Below are positions 9,183 to 17,212 of a DNA stretch of 64,000 nucleotides, piece after piece (the stretch's first letter is position 1; each line of letters opens with the position of its first letter). Where the stretch lies: assembly GCA_964637775.1 (NCBI GenBank), contig CAZWWX010000005.1, forward strand, positions 18,277 to 82,276, in the 5' to 3' direction. This stretch comes from an uncultured Bacillales bacterium. Lineage in GTDB: Bacteria; Bacillota; Bacilli; Tepidibacillales; Tepidibacillaceae. A program made the position numbers and the translations under genes. The notes beneath the pieces were generated by a model. The model had not been told where the DNA came from, searched no databases, and saw only the letters and a program-made list of their open reading frames with translations.

Positions 9183-9953
9183 TTAGTATTCCTCTTCTTG
9201 CTTGTTCCAAGGTATCAGCAGTCGTTCAAGTAATAGAATCGTTCCATAGATAAACACACTAATCGCAACAATCACGATAATTCCCGCAAAAACCTGGTCA
9301 GTCTGAAACGAATTAAACGTATTTTTAATATAAAGTCCAAGTCCCTTGTTCGCGACTAACCATTCACCGATAATTGCACCCATCACACTATAAGTTGCCG
9401 CCACCCGCAAACCTGAGAAAAAATACGGTAACGATGCAGGAAACTTAACCTTAGTAAATATCTGCCACTCAGTTGCGTCCATCGATTGTAAGAGTCGGAT
9501 CAAACTCCGGTCAGTGCTGCTCAACCCATCGACAAGGTTCGTTACAATAGGAAAAAAGCAGATAATCGCAACAATAATAATCTTCGGCAGGATCCCAAAT
9601 CCAAACCAGATAAAGAGCAAAGGGGCAATCGCAAAGATCGGCACCGTTTGCGACGCAACAAGGATTGGGAACAGACCTTGTTTTAGTGCCAAATAACGGT
9701 CGATTAAGATTGCCAAGAAGACAGACACAATAATCGCAATCGCAAATCCGAGCATTGCCTCATAAACTGTCACCCACGCACTGGCTAAAATCAACTCTCG
9801 TTGCTCAATTAAAACTCGAAAAATCTGCGATGGAGCCGGCAGGATCCACTTGGCCGGCTTTAGTAAAAACACAAGTAACTCCCACAACAATAGCGCAATC
9901 ACTGTAATCATCACCGCATAACGATATCTCATTATCGTTTTCAACTTTGTCAC
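9183..9953 (-). CDS. ABC transporter permease (ThiX-like, NitT/TauT family)
   Basis: Six hydrophobic segments and the BPD-transporter EAA-like region SLIRLLQSMDATEWQIFTKVKFPASLP. Confidence 0.88.
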   Translation of the reverse strand: MTKLKTIMRYRYAVMITVIALLLWELLVFLLKPAKWILPAPSQIFRVLIEQRELILASAWVTVYEAMLGFAIAIIVSVFLAILIDRYLALKQGLFPILVASQTVPIFAIAPLLFIWFGFGILPKIIIVAIICFFPIVTNLVDGLSSTDRSLIRLLQSMDATEWQIFTKVKFPASLPYFFSGLRVAATYSVMGAIIGEWLVANKGLGLYIKNTFNSFQTDQVFAGIIVIVAISVFIYGTILLLERLLIPWNKQEEEY

Positions 9954-10043
9954 CTCTCTTACACAAGCACATACCTAATGCTGCCTTCCCGCACTACTTA
10001 CGATAAATAATTCAGCAGCCAGTCCGGCAGCCGATTCGGATAA

Positions 10044-10183
10044 TAAAAAAAGCTGACCCAAAGGTCAGCATACGTCTGTTACATATATCTACTAATGCTT
10101 CCCTCCGCTGGCATTACCCAGATCAGGTTAGTGGGTCGATTATTTTACAATATCCTCTCAGCCAAAATCAGCTCCCCAGCACT
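10044..10183 (-). promoter_or_regulatory. TPP (THI-box) riboswitch with terminator
   Basis: Minus strand: AGTGCTGGGGAGCTGATTTTGGCTGAGAGGATATTG..ACCCACTAACCTGATCTGGGTAATGCCAGCGGAGGGAAGC. CTGAGA and ACCTGATCTGGnTAATGCCAGCG are the conserved TPP elements. Downstream hairpin GCTGACC-tttg-GGTCAGC plus T7. Confidence 0.85.
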
Positions 10184-10248
10184 ATTAAGTTGTAGGTTTA
10201 TAATAACACTTTTCCCAGATAAGTCAAACTAAGTCGTACTTGCAAACG

Positions 10249-11148
10249 CTACAAAAGTTTCTCGCCAAACGCTGAGCCGACCAGCCCAACCGCGATTTCT
10301 GCTGTATCATTTTTGTTATCGAGAATTGGATTGACCTCCGTAAACTCTGCAGAGACCATCAAACCGGCTTCCGAAAACATCTCCATCGCCAGATGTGCTT
10401 CACGGTAAGTGATACCGCCTTTTTCCGGTACGCAAACACCCGGCGCCTCTTTTGGATCGATTACATCTAAATCGAAACTTAGATGGACTGAACTCGTCCG
10501 TTCACGTAGATACTCAATTGCCTTCTCCATTACACGAGTCATTCCCAAACGATCAATCTCATGCATCGTAAACACTTTAACTCCTAACTCCTTAATCAAT
10601 CTCTTCTCACCGGGATCAAGCGAACGCGCACCGACAATTACAATATTTTCTGGTTTAACTTTTGCTTTAGCACCATTAATATTAGTAAGTGCCGAATTGC
10701 CCAACCCCAACGAAGCAGCTAACGGCATCCCATGAATATTCCCTGAAGAGGTAGTTTCATCGGTATTAATATCGGCATGCGCATCAACCCAGATTAGGCC
10801 CAGATTATCATAATGCTCGCTCACACCGGCAATCGTACCAATCGCTATGCTATGGTCACCGCCAAGAACCAGTGGAAAGCGACCTTCTTTAATGATTGCA
10901 GAAACCCGTTCAGCAAGGTCCCTATTAACCGCCGCTACTTCTTTCAGATATTTGATTCGCGGGTTACCGGGGTCAATATCTTCTGAATTATAGGCTTCAA
11001 TATCTCCTAAATCAATAACTTCATGGCCGATGCTTTTGATTCGCTCAATAATATTCGCGTAACGAATCGCACTCGGTCCCATATCAACACCACGGCGGCC
11101 AACGCCGAGATACATTGGTACGCCAATAATTGAAATCTGTTTGCTCAT
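10249..11148 (-). CDS. rocF: arginase
   Basis: ISIIGVPMYLGVGRRGVDMGPSAIRYANIIERI, GGDHSIAIGT, DAHADINT, SFDLDVIDP. These are ureohydrolase Mn ligands and closely resemble RocF. Confidence 0.9.
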   Translation of the reverse strand: MSKQISIIGVPMYLGVGRRGVDMGPSAIRYANIIERIKSIGHEVIDLGDIEAYNSEDIDPGNPRIKYLKEVAAVNRDLAERVSAIIKEGRFPLVLGGDHSIAIGTIAGVSEHYDNLGLIWVDAHADINTDETTSSGNIHGMPLAASLGLGNSALTNINGAKAKVKPENIVIVGARSLDPGEKRLIKELGVKVFTMHEIDRLGMTRVMEKAIEYLRERTSSVHLSFDLDVIDPKEAPGVCVPEKGGITYREAHLAMEMFSEAGLMVSAEFTEVNPILDNKNDTAEIAVGLVGSAFGEKLL

Positions 11149-11239
11149 ACACTCACCCTCTGTTTGTATCGTTTTCGTTTATACCCTCTTAACAATGCTA
11201 TTTTTTATTATAACTTAAAATGCCTACAAATTAAAACAT

Positions 11240-11268
11240 AAAAGAACCGTTTACGAGAAACGGCTCTT
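11240..11268 (-). terminator. rho-independent terminator after the DUF4332 gene
   Basis: Minus strand AGAGCCGTT-tctcgta-AACGGTTCT followed by TTTTATGTTTT. Confidence 0.55.
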
Positions 11269-11293
11269 CCTATAACATCAGTTAAATTATAAA

Positions 11294-11698
11294 TTAATAT
11301 TCCATCACTCTTGGAAGTTTCGCAGCTTGCTTAACCCAGCTCTCAACCATTGAAAGTGCCGGCGGTCTTCTTACAAGTCTCTTCGCTGCATTTACTTCAA
11401 GCATTTTAGCGTGAAGGTTGTCAGGTCTGCGTTGTGCTAATTCAACAACCGTATCAACACCGGCTGCTTCAAGTAGCTCTGAGTATTGAGATGCAACACC
11501 TTTAATCCGGAAAAGATCTGCATGGTTGGTCCAAGTTAAGATAAGTTTTTCAGATACTCCGGCCTCCTGAGCCAATCTGATTCTGCCTTTTTTGGTTGCT
11601 CCTTCTTGAAGTAACTTTTCTACAGTATGAATTCCGATTCCTTTAAGCTTCTCTGCGTAGACGCCACCAATTCCCTCAATATCAATAATACTTGCCAT
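11294..11698 (-). CDS. DUF4332 (helix-hairpin-helix) domain protein
   Basis: Two HhH-like repeats, IEGIGGVYAEKLKGIGIHTVEKLL and IKGVASQYSELLEAAGVDTVVELA, as in DUF4332 proteins. Confidence 0.75.
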   Translation of the reverse strand: MASIIDIEGIGGVYAEKLKGIGIHTVEKLLQEGATKKGRIRLAQEAGVSEKLILTWTNHADLFRIKGVASQYSELLEAAGVDTVVELAQRRPDNLHAKMLEVNAAKRLVRRPPALSMVESWVKQAAKLPRVMEY

Positions 11699-11796
11699 TT
11701 CACTTACTCCTTTCTTTTCTCATAGATATTGTAAATGTAATATAGCCTAATTATACCATCAATATGCAATATTTCCACTTAAATTAGTGATTATTG

Positions 11797-12819
11797 TCAC
11801 AAGGTGCCTTCTGACTTCAGCCACTCAATCGTGTCGCGTAGTGTATCTTCCATCTCACGAGTCTTATAGCCTAACTCTCTTGTTGCCTTTTCATGTGTGA
11901 ATAGGGCATTACTATTCAGCGTATAAATCGAATATGCGGTAAAAAGTGGTGGCTGTTTCAATATTTTATAATACATTTCCGCAAGTGGTGCGGTTAACTT
12001 CACAAACCAGAGTGGCAGAAAATTTTTGATTGCTTTCTTACCGGTAATCCGGTGCAGCAAATATAATATTTCTCTCACAGAAAAATAACGATTCGACAAA
12101 ATATACCCCTCGCCAGCTCGCCCTTTTTCAGAACAAGCAATGATTCCGTCAACCACATCACGAACATCGACAAAGTCATAGCCACCGTCTATGCCGGAAG
12201 TTAACCGCCGTTTGTAGTAGTCGATTACCAACGTAGTTAAGTGACCACGCCCATTATCGAACGGTCCGCAAATGCCTGATGGGTGAACTATGCTTGCGTT
12301 TAAGCCTTTTTGTGCGCTCGCAAAAACATATGCGGTCGCCTCAGACTTGGTTTTCGCATAAGGGCCAACTACATCATTCGGGTTAAAATCATAAACTTCA
12401 CTAATCACTTCACCGAGAGGCTTTTCAGGAATCGCATGTACTGAACTGACATAGACCAACTTGTCAACCGCATGATCGAGAGCCAGGTCCACTATATTCT
12501 TTGTGCCGGTCACATTGACATCATAGACTAACTGCTGAAATTTAGAGGAAATTGTGACAATGCCGGCACAGTGAATGAGGATGAGTTCTTTCTTGTCAGG
12601 GTTGTCTGGATTATCTGGATTATCTGGATTGTCGAAAAATGTCGAAAGGCTGGCTTTATTGGTCACATCTCCATAACAGAGTTCGTAGTCGCCTTTGGGA
12701 ATATTAGGCTCGCCCGGTAGGACCAAGGCTCGCACCTCGCATTTAAGCTCAAGTAAACGGCTAAGGAGTGCACTCCCAAGATGTCCAGCCGCACCTGTTA
12801 CCAGATAAAGTCGTGTCAT
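11797..12819 (-). CDS. NAD-dependent epimerase/dehydratase (extended SDR, dihydroflavonol-reductase-like)
   Basis: VTGAAGHLGSAL Rossmann motif and YAKTK catalytic YxxxK. GAGAGGTG + 6 nt precedes ATG at 12819 (MTRLYLVTG); the ORF-track GTG at 12828 is in the SD. Confidence 0.85.
   Translation of the reverse strand: MTRLYLVTGAAGHLGSALLSRLLELKCEVRALVLPGEPNIPKGDYELCYGDVTNKASLSTFFDNPDNPDNPDNPDKKELILIHCAGIVTISSKFQQLVYDVNVTGTKNIVDLALDHAVDKLVYVSSVHAIPEKPLGEVISEVYDFNPNDVVGPYAKTKSEATAYVFASAQKGLNASIVHPSGICGPFDNGRGHLTTLVIDYYKRRLTSGIDGGYDFVDVRDVVDGIIACSEKGRAGEGYILSNRYFSVREILYLLHRITGKKAIKNFLPLWFVKLTAPLAEMYYKILKQPPLFTAYSIYTLNSNALFTHEKATRELGYKTREMEDTLRDTIEWLKSEGTL
12595..12633 (-). repeat. in-frame 9-bp tandem repeat encoding D(NPD)4 inside the SDR gene
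   Basis: Minus strand GAC AAT CCA GAT AAT CCA GAT AAT CCA GAC AAC CCT GAC = DNPDNPDNPDNPD. Confidence 0.9.
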
Positions 12820-12917
12820 TATAAACACCTCTCTGTTCAGATTTAAAATTTACTTATAGATTATTTTCCGGTCAAGTATTCTAGGTTCATTTTAGCACAA
12901 AAACAGTATTCTATAAA

Positions 12918-13517
12918 TTATTTGTTCGACATACCGGTTAAAAGGAGTCTAATAGCATTAACGTGCAAGTCTGCATATTCGTCACTGCTCAAACGGGGCA
13001 TCGCTATACAAAGTTGGGTAGCACCAATTAACATTGACATCACCGCAAAACTTAATGACTCAACATCATTTGTATTGAAAGTTCGTTGTTCAATGCCTCT
13101 CTCTACAACTGATCTTACAGCATTAGGTACTAATTCCAAACTCTCCGTGACCGATTGTAAAGCGGGTGAATCATCTGTAAGCGTCTTGAAATATTCTTCA
13201 ACCGAGCTGAGTAAAGGGTTTGCGCAGTCTCTACCATATATGTCAGCTAGTGTTAGAAGCTGGTCGACCGGAGACATAGATTCATATTCGGCAGTCAACC
13301 ATTTCTGCGAAAGTTCCTTAACATGCGCCTCGATGATTTGAACAAAAATATCCTCCTTGTTTTTAAAATGATGATATATATTCCCTTTGCTCAATTGGGT
13401 TAACCTGCACAAATCGTCCATCGTGGCATCTTTATAGCCCTTTTCTATAAACAAAGTTCGAGCATGCGACAATATAATTGATTTAGATTCATCAGCCTGT
13501 AATCTTCTTCTAGCCAT
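12918..13517 (-). CDS. TetR/AcrR family transcriptional regulator
   Basis: N-terminal HTH: ILSHARTLFIEKGYKDATMDDLCRLTQLSKGNIYHHFKNKEDIF. Confidence 0.9.
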   Translation of the reverse strand: MARRRLQADESKSIILSHARTLFIEKGYKDATMDDLCRLTQLSKGNIYHHFKNKEDIFVQIIEAHVKELSQKWLTAEYESMSPVDQLLTLADIYGRDCANPLLSSVEEYFKTLTDDSPALQSVTESLELVPNAVRSVVERGIEQRTFNTNDVESLSFAVMSMLIGATQLCIAMPRLSSDEYADLHVNAIRLLLTGMSNK

Positions 13518-13543
13518 ATTTTCCTCCAGTATGTAAAAGAATT

Positions 13544-14188
13544 TTATTCAAAAAGTGGTAAAATTGATATTACCTCAACGGCTTCGTAAACAGCTCCCAA
13601 CAAAAGGACACCTACTATCGGTATATAAAGCCACGCAGTCTGAGCCAGTCCATGCTTATACCCGCCCCAACGAGATTTGATGCCAAGACCTTTGGGGAAT
13701 AAAAATGATTTGCCTTGCAGAAAGATTGCAAACATTACTAATATATAGGCCTGGCCTTCAATTAAAAGTGTTAAATAGTGCGGTATTAACGAAACATCAT
13801 TTTGAATTGGTGAAAACAAAAAGCCCCAAGTGCCAGCACGGTATAATCCCATTAAAAGACCACTAAAAGGTATGATTAATGATGGCAGTGTCATTGTTAG
13901 AAACGAACCCACTATAAGGTTAATAAGAAGTGTGTAAAAGGCTGCCAACAGAATGTTACCATTATCGTAAGCCGCCACTACAGTTGATTCCATCAGAGGG
14001 ATTGAAAGATCTTGATCTACACTTGCAATAGCATTAGCTTGTAAATCGGGAAAAACCCAAGCAACAAGCATGCAAAGAATAAACAAGCCATAAAAAATTA
14101 TGTTCATGATAATAAATACTTTTTTATTTTCTTTAATTATCTCAATTGGTTTTTGGATAAATTTTGACTGCCATAATGATTTTAACAC
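13544..14188 (-). CDS. hypothetical membrane protein, weakly SpoIIM/DUF95-like
   Basis: Polytopic protein. AAGGAGG + 8 nt precedes the GTG start. Pattern ..LINLIVGSF..GLLMGLY..HYLTLLIEGQAYIL loosely resembles DUF95. First gene of the operon with TetR. Confidence 0.6.
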   Translation of the reverse strand: MLKSLWQSKFIQKPIEIIKENKKVFIIMNIIFYGLFILCMLVAWVFPDLQANAIASVDQDLSIPLMESTVVAAYDNGNILLAAFYTLLINLIVGSFLTMTLPSLIIPFSGLLMGLYRAGTWGFLFSPIQNDVSLIPHYLTLLIEGQAYILVMFAIFLQGKSFLFPKGLGIKSRWGGYKHGLAQTAWLYIPIVGVLLLGAVYEAVEVISILPLFE

Positions 14189-14220
14189 AATAAAATCCTC
14201 CTTTAGTTCAGGTATAAGTT

Positions 14221-14286
14221 AAATAATGGTGTTACCGACCGTATAGTCGGTAACACCATTATTTACTAACTAAGCGTGCTTGTCAA
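14221..14286 (-). promoter_or_regulatory. promoter (TTGACA-17-AATAAT) overlapped by a perfect 19-bp-arm palindrome, a candidate TetR operator
   Basis: 14221-14264 = AAATAATGGTGTTACCGAC cgtata GTCGGTAACACCATTATTT. The -35 (rc TTGACA) is at 14281-14286 and the -10 at 14258-14263, inside the right arm. Confidence 0.5.
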
Positions 14287-14400
14287 TCAATATAAACATA
14301 TATTTACCTTTTTATTGTGACAAAACATTTTTTGGCAAGTTTTGAAATTTAACTTTTAAAACTTTTAAATATAGGAAGTTTTGAAAGTCTAAATCATGAA

Positions 14401-14431
14401 AAATAAAAAAACCAACTTTATAAAAGTTGGT
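14401..14431 (-). terminator. rho-independent terminator of the Gln-Lys-Gly tRNA array
   Basis: Minus strand ACCAACTTT-tat-AAAGTTGGT followed by TTTTTTATTT, 12 nt after tRNA-Gly. Confidence 0.7.
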
Positions 14432-14443
14432 CTAATTCACAGA

Positions 14444-14518
14444 TGGAGCGGACGACGAGATTCGAACTCGCGACCCTCGCCTTGGCAAGGCGATGCTCTA
14501 CCACTGAGCCACGTCCGC
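14444..14518 (-). tRNA. tRNA-Gly (GCC)
   Basis: Hand-folded cloverleaf: GCGGACG/CGTCCGC acceptor, anticodon loop TTGCCAA, TTCGAATC T-loop, encoded CCA. Confidence 0.95.
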
Positions 14519-14527
14519 ATTGATAAT

Positions 14528-14603
14528 TGGTGGGTCATACAGGAATCGAACCTGTGACACCCTGATTAAAAGTCAGGTGCTCTACCGCCTGAGCTAATGA
14601 CCC
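14528..14603 (-). tRNA. tRNA-Lys (TTT)
   Basis: GGGTCAT/ATGACCC acceptor, anticodon loop CTTTTAA, TTCGATT T-loop, CCA. Confidence 0.95.
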
Positions 14604-14607
14604 AAAA

Positions 14608-14682
14608 TGGCTGGGCTATCTGGATTCGAACCAGAGAATGACGGAGTCAAAGTCCGTTGCCTTACCGCTTGGCTATAGCCCA
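14608..14682 (-). tRNA. tRNA-Gln (TTG)
   Basis: TGGGCTA/TAGCCCA acceptor, anticodon loop CTTTGAC, TTCGAAT T-loop, CCA. Confidence 0.95.
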
Positions 14683-14719
14683 TCAAGATTAACTGGTCGT
14701 GGATGAAAACACTTTTTAT

Positions 14720-14748
14720 ATTCTAGCATATATAAAATTATTTCTCAA
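14720..14748 (-). promoter_or_regulatory. candidate promoter for the Gln-Lys-Gly tRNA array
   Basis: Minus strand TTGAGA, 17 nt, (TGc)TAGAAT with extended -10, about 38 nt upstream of tRNA-Gln, just downstream of the PIN gene stop (14755-14757). Confidence 0.45.
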
Positions 14749-14754
14749 TATCGA

Positions 14755-15147
14755 TTATAAAGACATATATTTATCTATAAATTCAGATGGTGTCAGGATC
14801 TCTAAATTCGGAATAATTAATTCAGCAAAATCCTTATCACCTGTTATTAAAACGTCCACCTTAGCTGCGACCGCTGAAGCTATAATAGGTAAATCTTGTG
14901 GATCCCTTATACAAGGCACACCAGTTAAATCTACTGGGGTAGGAAAATATTCAAAAGATATTTCTGATATAAATATATCAAAAGCCTATAGATAGTTGGG
15001 TGTTTTCCTCCCAATCACTATTTTACTCTCCTCAATAACATAGGAACACAATACCAAACTTCGTGTTCCTATAATATGTTCGAGTAATTCAGCTAGTTTT
15101 GTACTATTAAAAATAAGTGCAGATAATAATACATTGGTATCAATCAT
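14755..15147 (-). pseudogene. PIN-domain toxin (TIGR00305-like VapC-type) interrupted by an in-frame TAG
   Basis: Own translation: MIDTNVLLSALIFNSTKLAELLEHIIGTRSLVLCSYVIEESKIVIGRKTPNYL*AFDIFISEISFEYFPTPVDLTGVPCIRDPQDLPIIASAVAAKVDVLITGDKDFAELIIPNLEILTPSEFIDKYMSL. TAG is at 14986-14988. ATG overlaps the antitoxin stop (ATGATTGA). Confidence 0.8.
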
Positions 15148-15415
15148 TATTCTCATTATTTTTAACCTGAAACTCTTTCCTAACTTCCTTAACTAAACTG
15201 ACTAATTCTTCCTCAGATTCTAAACCTAGTTCTTCTGCCAGCCTCTCAAAAGCTTTCCGTGCTTCGTAAATCGCGAACTTAGTAGGGTTCTCAATTACAA
15301 TCTTATTGCCATCTTTAACAAAAGCAACCTTATCACCTTCTTTTAAATTCAGCTGCTCCCGAATACGGATAGGTATTGTTATTTGTCCTTTAGAAGTTAT
15401 CTTAGCTAATTCCAT
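15140..15415 (-). CDS. AbrB/MazE/SpoVT-family antitoxin
   Basis: MELAKITSKGQITIPIRIREQLNLKEGDKVAFV is a SpoVT/AbrB swapped-hairpin domain, with an acidic C-terminal tail. Confidence 0.85.
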   Translation of the reverse strand: MELAKITSKGQITIPIRIREQLNLKEGDKVAFVKDGNKIVIENPTKFAIYEARKAFERLAEELGLESEEELVSLVKEVRKEFQVKNNENND

Positions 15416-15465
15416 TGCTCTAACCTCCTCGCTTATTCCTTTAATTCATAGTTTTCCTTACTTTC

Positions 15466-15494
15466 ATTATAGGCTGTTATGCTTATTAAAACAA
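15466..15494 (-). promoter_or_regulatory. candidate promoter of the AbrB-PIN cassette
   Basis: Minus strand TTGTTT, 17 nt, TATAAT, 50 nt upstream of the antitoxin ATG. Confidence 0.45.
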
Positions 15495-15500
15495 CCCTTA

Positions 15501-15533
15501 CAAAATAAAAACTCGCTATCAAAGGAGCGAGTT
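15501..15533 (-). terminator. rho-independent terminator of the upstream 7-tRNA array
   Basis: Minus strand AACTCGCT-cctttgat-AGCGAGTT followed by TTTTATTTTG, directly after tRNA-Thr(TGT). Confidence 0.7.
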
Positions 15534-15547
15534 ACATAGTAAAAAAC

Positions 15548-15623
<76 letters not shown>

Positions 15624-15682
15624 ACAAAAAAATAGGTTAACCGCATGTGGTGATATCCCGAAAACTTACCCAATAATACAAA

Positions 15683-15758
15683 TGGTGGACGATGACGGGA
15701 TCGAACCGCCGACCCCCTGCTTGTAAGGCAGGTGCTCTCCCAGCTGAGCTAATCGTCC
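15683..15758 (-). tRNA. tRNA-Val (TAC)
   Basis: GGACGAT/ATCGTCC acceptor, anticodon loop CTTACAA, TTCGATC T-loop, CCA. Confidence 0.95.
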
Positions 15759-15763
15759 ATAAC

Positions 15764-15838
15764 TGGTGACCCGTAGGGGACTCGAACCCCTGTTACCGCC
15801 GTGAAAGGGCGGTGTCTTAACCGCTTGACCAACGGGCC
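15764..15838 (-). tRNA. tRNA-Glu (TTC)
   Basis: GGCCCGT/ACGGGTC acceptor, anticodon loop CTTTCAC, TTCGAGT T-loop, CCA. Confidence 0.95.
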
Positions 15839-15852
15839 TAATTTAATTTATC

Positions 15853-15928
15853 TGGAGCTCCCAACCAGAATTGAACTGGTGACCTCTTCCTTACCATGGA
15901 AGCACTCTACCTACTGAGCTATGGGAGC
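15853..15928 (-). tRNA. tRNA-Thr (GGT)
   Basis: GCTCCCA/TGGGAGC acceptor, anticodon loop ATGGTAA, TTCAATT T-loop, CCA. Confidence 0.93.
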
Positions 15929-15929
15929 A

Positions 15930-16005
15930 TGGCTCCTCGTGCTGGACTCGAACCAGCGACAACTCGGTTAACAGCCGAGTGCTCTACCTGCTGAGCTAAC
16001 GAGGA
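15930..16005 (-). tRNA. tRNA-Asn (GTT)
   Basis: TCCTCGT/ACGAGGA acceptor, anticodon loop CTGTTAA, TTCGAGT T-loop, CCA. Confidence 0.95.
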
Positions 16006-16028
16006 AAGGTATTGTCATTTTAAAAATA

Positions 16029-16104
16029 TGGTGGAGCTAAGCGGGATCGAACCGCTGACCTCCTGCTTGCAAGGCAGGCGCTCTCCCAGCTGAGCTATAG
16101 CCCC
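16029..16104 (-). tRNA. tRNA-Ala (TGC)
   Basis: GGGGCTA acceptor with G3:U70, anticodon loop CTTGCAA, TTCGATC T-loop, CCA. Confidence 0.95.
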
Positions 16105-16205
16105 ATAATTGGGTAAATCTATTTAGTTATTTAAATCCCATACTTTGTTCCTATGTATCTTGTCGAATAATGTCGAACAACATATGAAACTAGCTGAAAT
16201 CTAAA

Positions 16206-16282
16206 TGGTGGGCCTAACAAGACTCGAACTTGTGACCTCACGCTTATCAGGCGTGCGCTCTAGCCAGCTGAGCTATAGGCCC
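16206..16282 (-). tRNA. tRNA-Ile (GAT)
   Basis: GGGCCTA/TAGGCCC acceptor, anticodon loop CTGATAA, TTCGAGT T-loop, CCA. Confidence 0.95.
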
Positions 16283-16391
16283 CCGAATAGTTAAAGCGAC
16301 ATTTATTATCTCATAAAATTAAATCGACTGTCAATAAATTGTCACTCAAAAAAGTGAAAAATAACCGAAATTATTTTTCACACCAGTAGTC

Positions 16392-16421
16392 ATTCTACCA
16401 TTATAAAATACGAACTGTCAA
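16392..16421 (-). promoter_or_regulatory. candidate promoter of the 7-tRNA array
   Basis: Minus strand TTGACA, 18 nt, (TGg)TAGAAT. A second TTGACA-18-(TGa)GATAAT lies nearer tRNA-Ile at about 16310-16340. Confidence 0.4.
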
Positions 16422-16441
16422 CTACACCACTCTAACACATT

Positions 16442-17071
16442 TTAAATCAACAACGCAACCAACGTCGAGCTAATCGTGCTCTCGATAATAGCTGCAATGA
16501 ATAACAATACTACTATGCCGAGGATGAATATTCCCAGCTCGCGGAAGCCATTCGCAACTCTGTTTGGTGCCGGATCTTCTTTGTTGCCGGAAACAAAGTT
16601 AACAATAGCGCGCCATGTTACTCCGCCAAGTTTCAAACCATAGGCACCAGCCAACACAATCGCTGTCAACTCGAAAATACCATGCGGGATAATACCGGCG
16701 ATAAAGCCGATTAGCGAACCACCTTCGGCGATGAAAAACTTCGCAAAAACACCGATAAAAAGCCCATTAAACAACAAAATCATAAACGGTACAATCCCGA
16801 AAATCAGCCCGAGGAAAATCATCATCATCGCGACCAAAACATTGTTAAAAAAAATCATCTGTATTGTATAGAGAAGGCTATCGCGTGTCGCAATATCCTG
16901 CGCCATTTCATTCATCTGATCAAAGGCGTCTTTGATAAACGGATTACTAAGATCGACGAATAGCCCAACCAAAAATGCCAAGAAAAAGGCGATCCCCGCC
17001 CGCCAGTTCATCACTTTATTATCACTAACTATTCGCCAAAAACCCTGCCACAAAAGCTGCATGCCTTTCAC
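16442..17071 (-). CDS. stage II sporulation protein M family (DUF95) membrane protein
   Basis: FFNNVLVAMMMIFLGLIFGIVPFMILLFNGLFIG..GIIPHGIFELTAIVLAGAYGLKLG matches the SpoIIM/DUF95 pattern. Confidence 0.8.
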   Translation of the reverse strand: MKGMQLLWQGFWRIVSDNKVMNWRAGIAFFLAFLVGLFVDLSNPFIKDAFDQMNEMAQDIATRDSLLYTIQMIFFNNVLVAMMMIFLGLIFGIVPFMILLFNGLFIGVFAKFFIAEGGSLIGFIAGIIPHGIFELTAIVLAGAYGLKLGGVTWRAIVNFVSGNKEDPAPNRVANGFRELGIFILGIVVLLFIAAIIESTISSTLVALLI

Positions 17072-17212
17072 CTCACAAGTAATATACTTATTATAGCTTA
17101 TCTTGACAAATTTGTGCGCTTTTCAACTTTATAATAAGTACTCGCAATCGTATCTGCTAACTTTAAAATTCAGACTACATATAATATACTTAATGAATAA
17201 GGATGTGACAAA

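Noticed and set aside
14335-14387. Nested AT-rich direct repeats (AAGTTTTGAAA x2 flanking ACTTTTAAA x2) between the tRNA terminator and the TetR-operon promoter
   Set aside because: This is very low-complexity AT-rich spacer, and short repeats of this kind arise by chance. There is no associated gene or symmetry suggesting a binding site.
14986-14988. In-frame TAG in the PIN gene as a recoded sense codon (e.g. pyrrolysine)
   Set aside because: TAG is used as an ordinary stop elsewhere in the window (the ecfA fusion at 29270-29272, rplX at 40003-40005, arginase at 10249-10251), and no pyl genes are present. A nonsense mutation is the simpler explanation.
14699-14995. 98-aa plus-strand ORF between the tRNA arrays
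   Set aside because: It is antisense to the PIN-toxin frame, and the minus strand gives a clear PIN-family sequence. The plus ORF has no homology signal or RBS.
16029-16282. tRNA-Ile(GAT)/tRNA-Ala(TGC) pair as evidence of an rRNA operon
   Set aside because: The pair is typical of 16S-23S spacers. Here, however, the genes are 100 nt apart inside a tRNA-only array with promoter-like sequences upstream, and no 16S, 23S or 5S sequence is present in the window.
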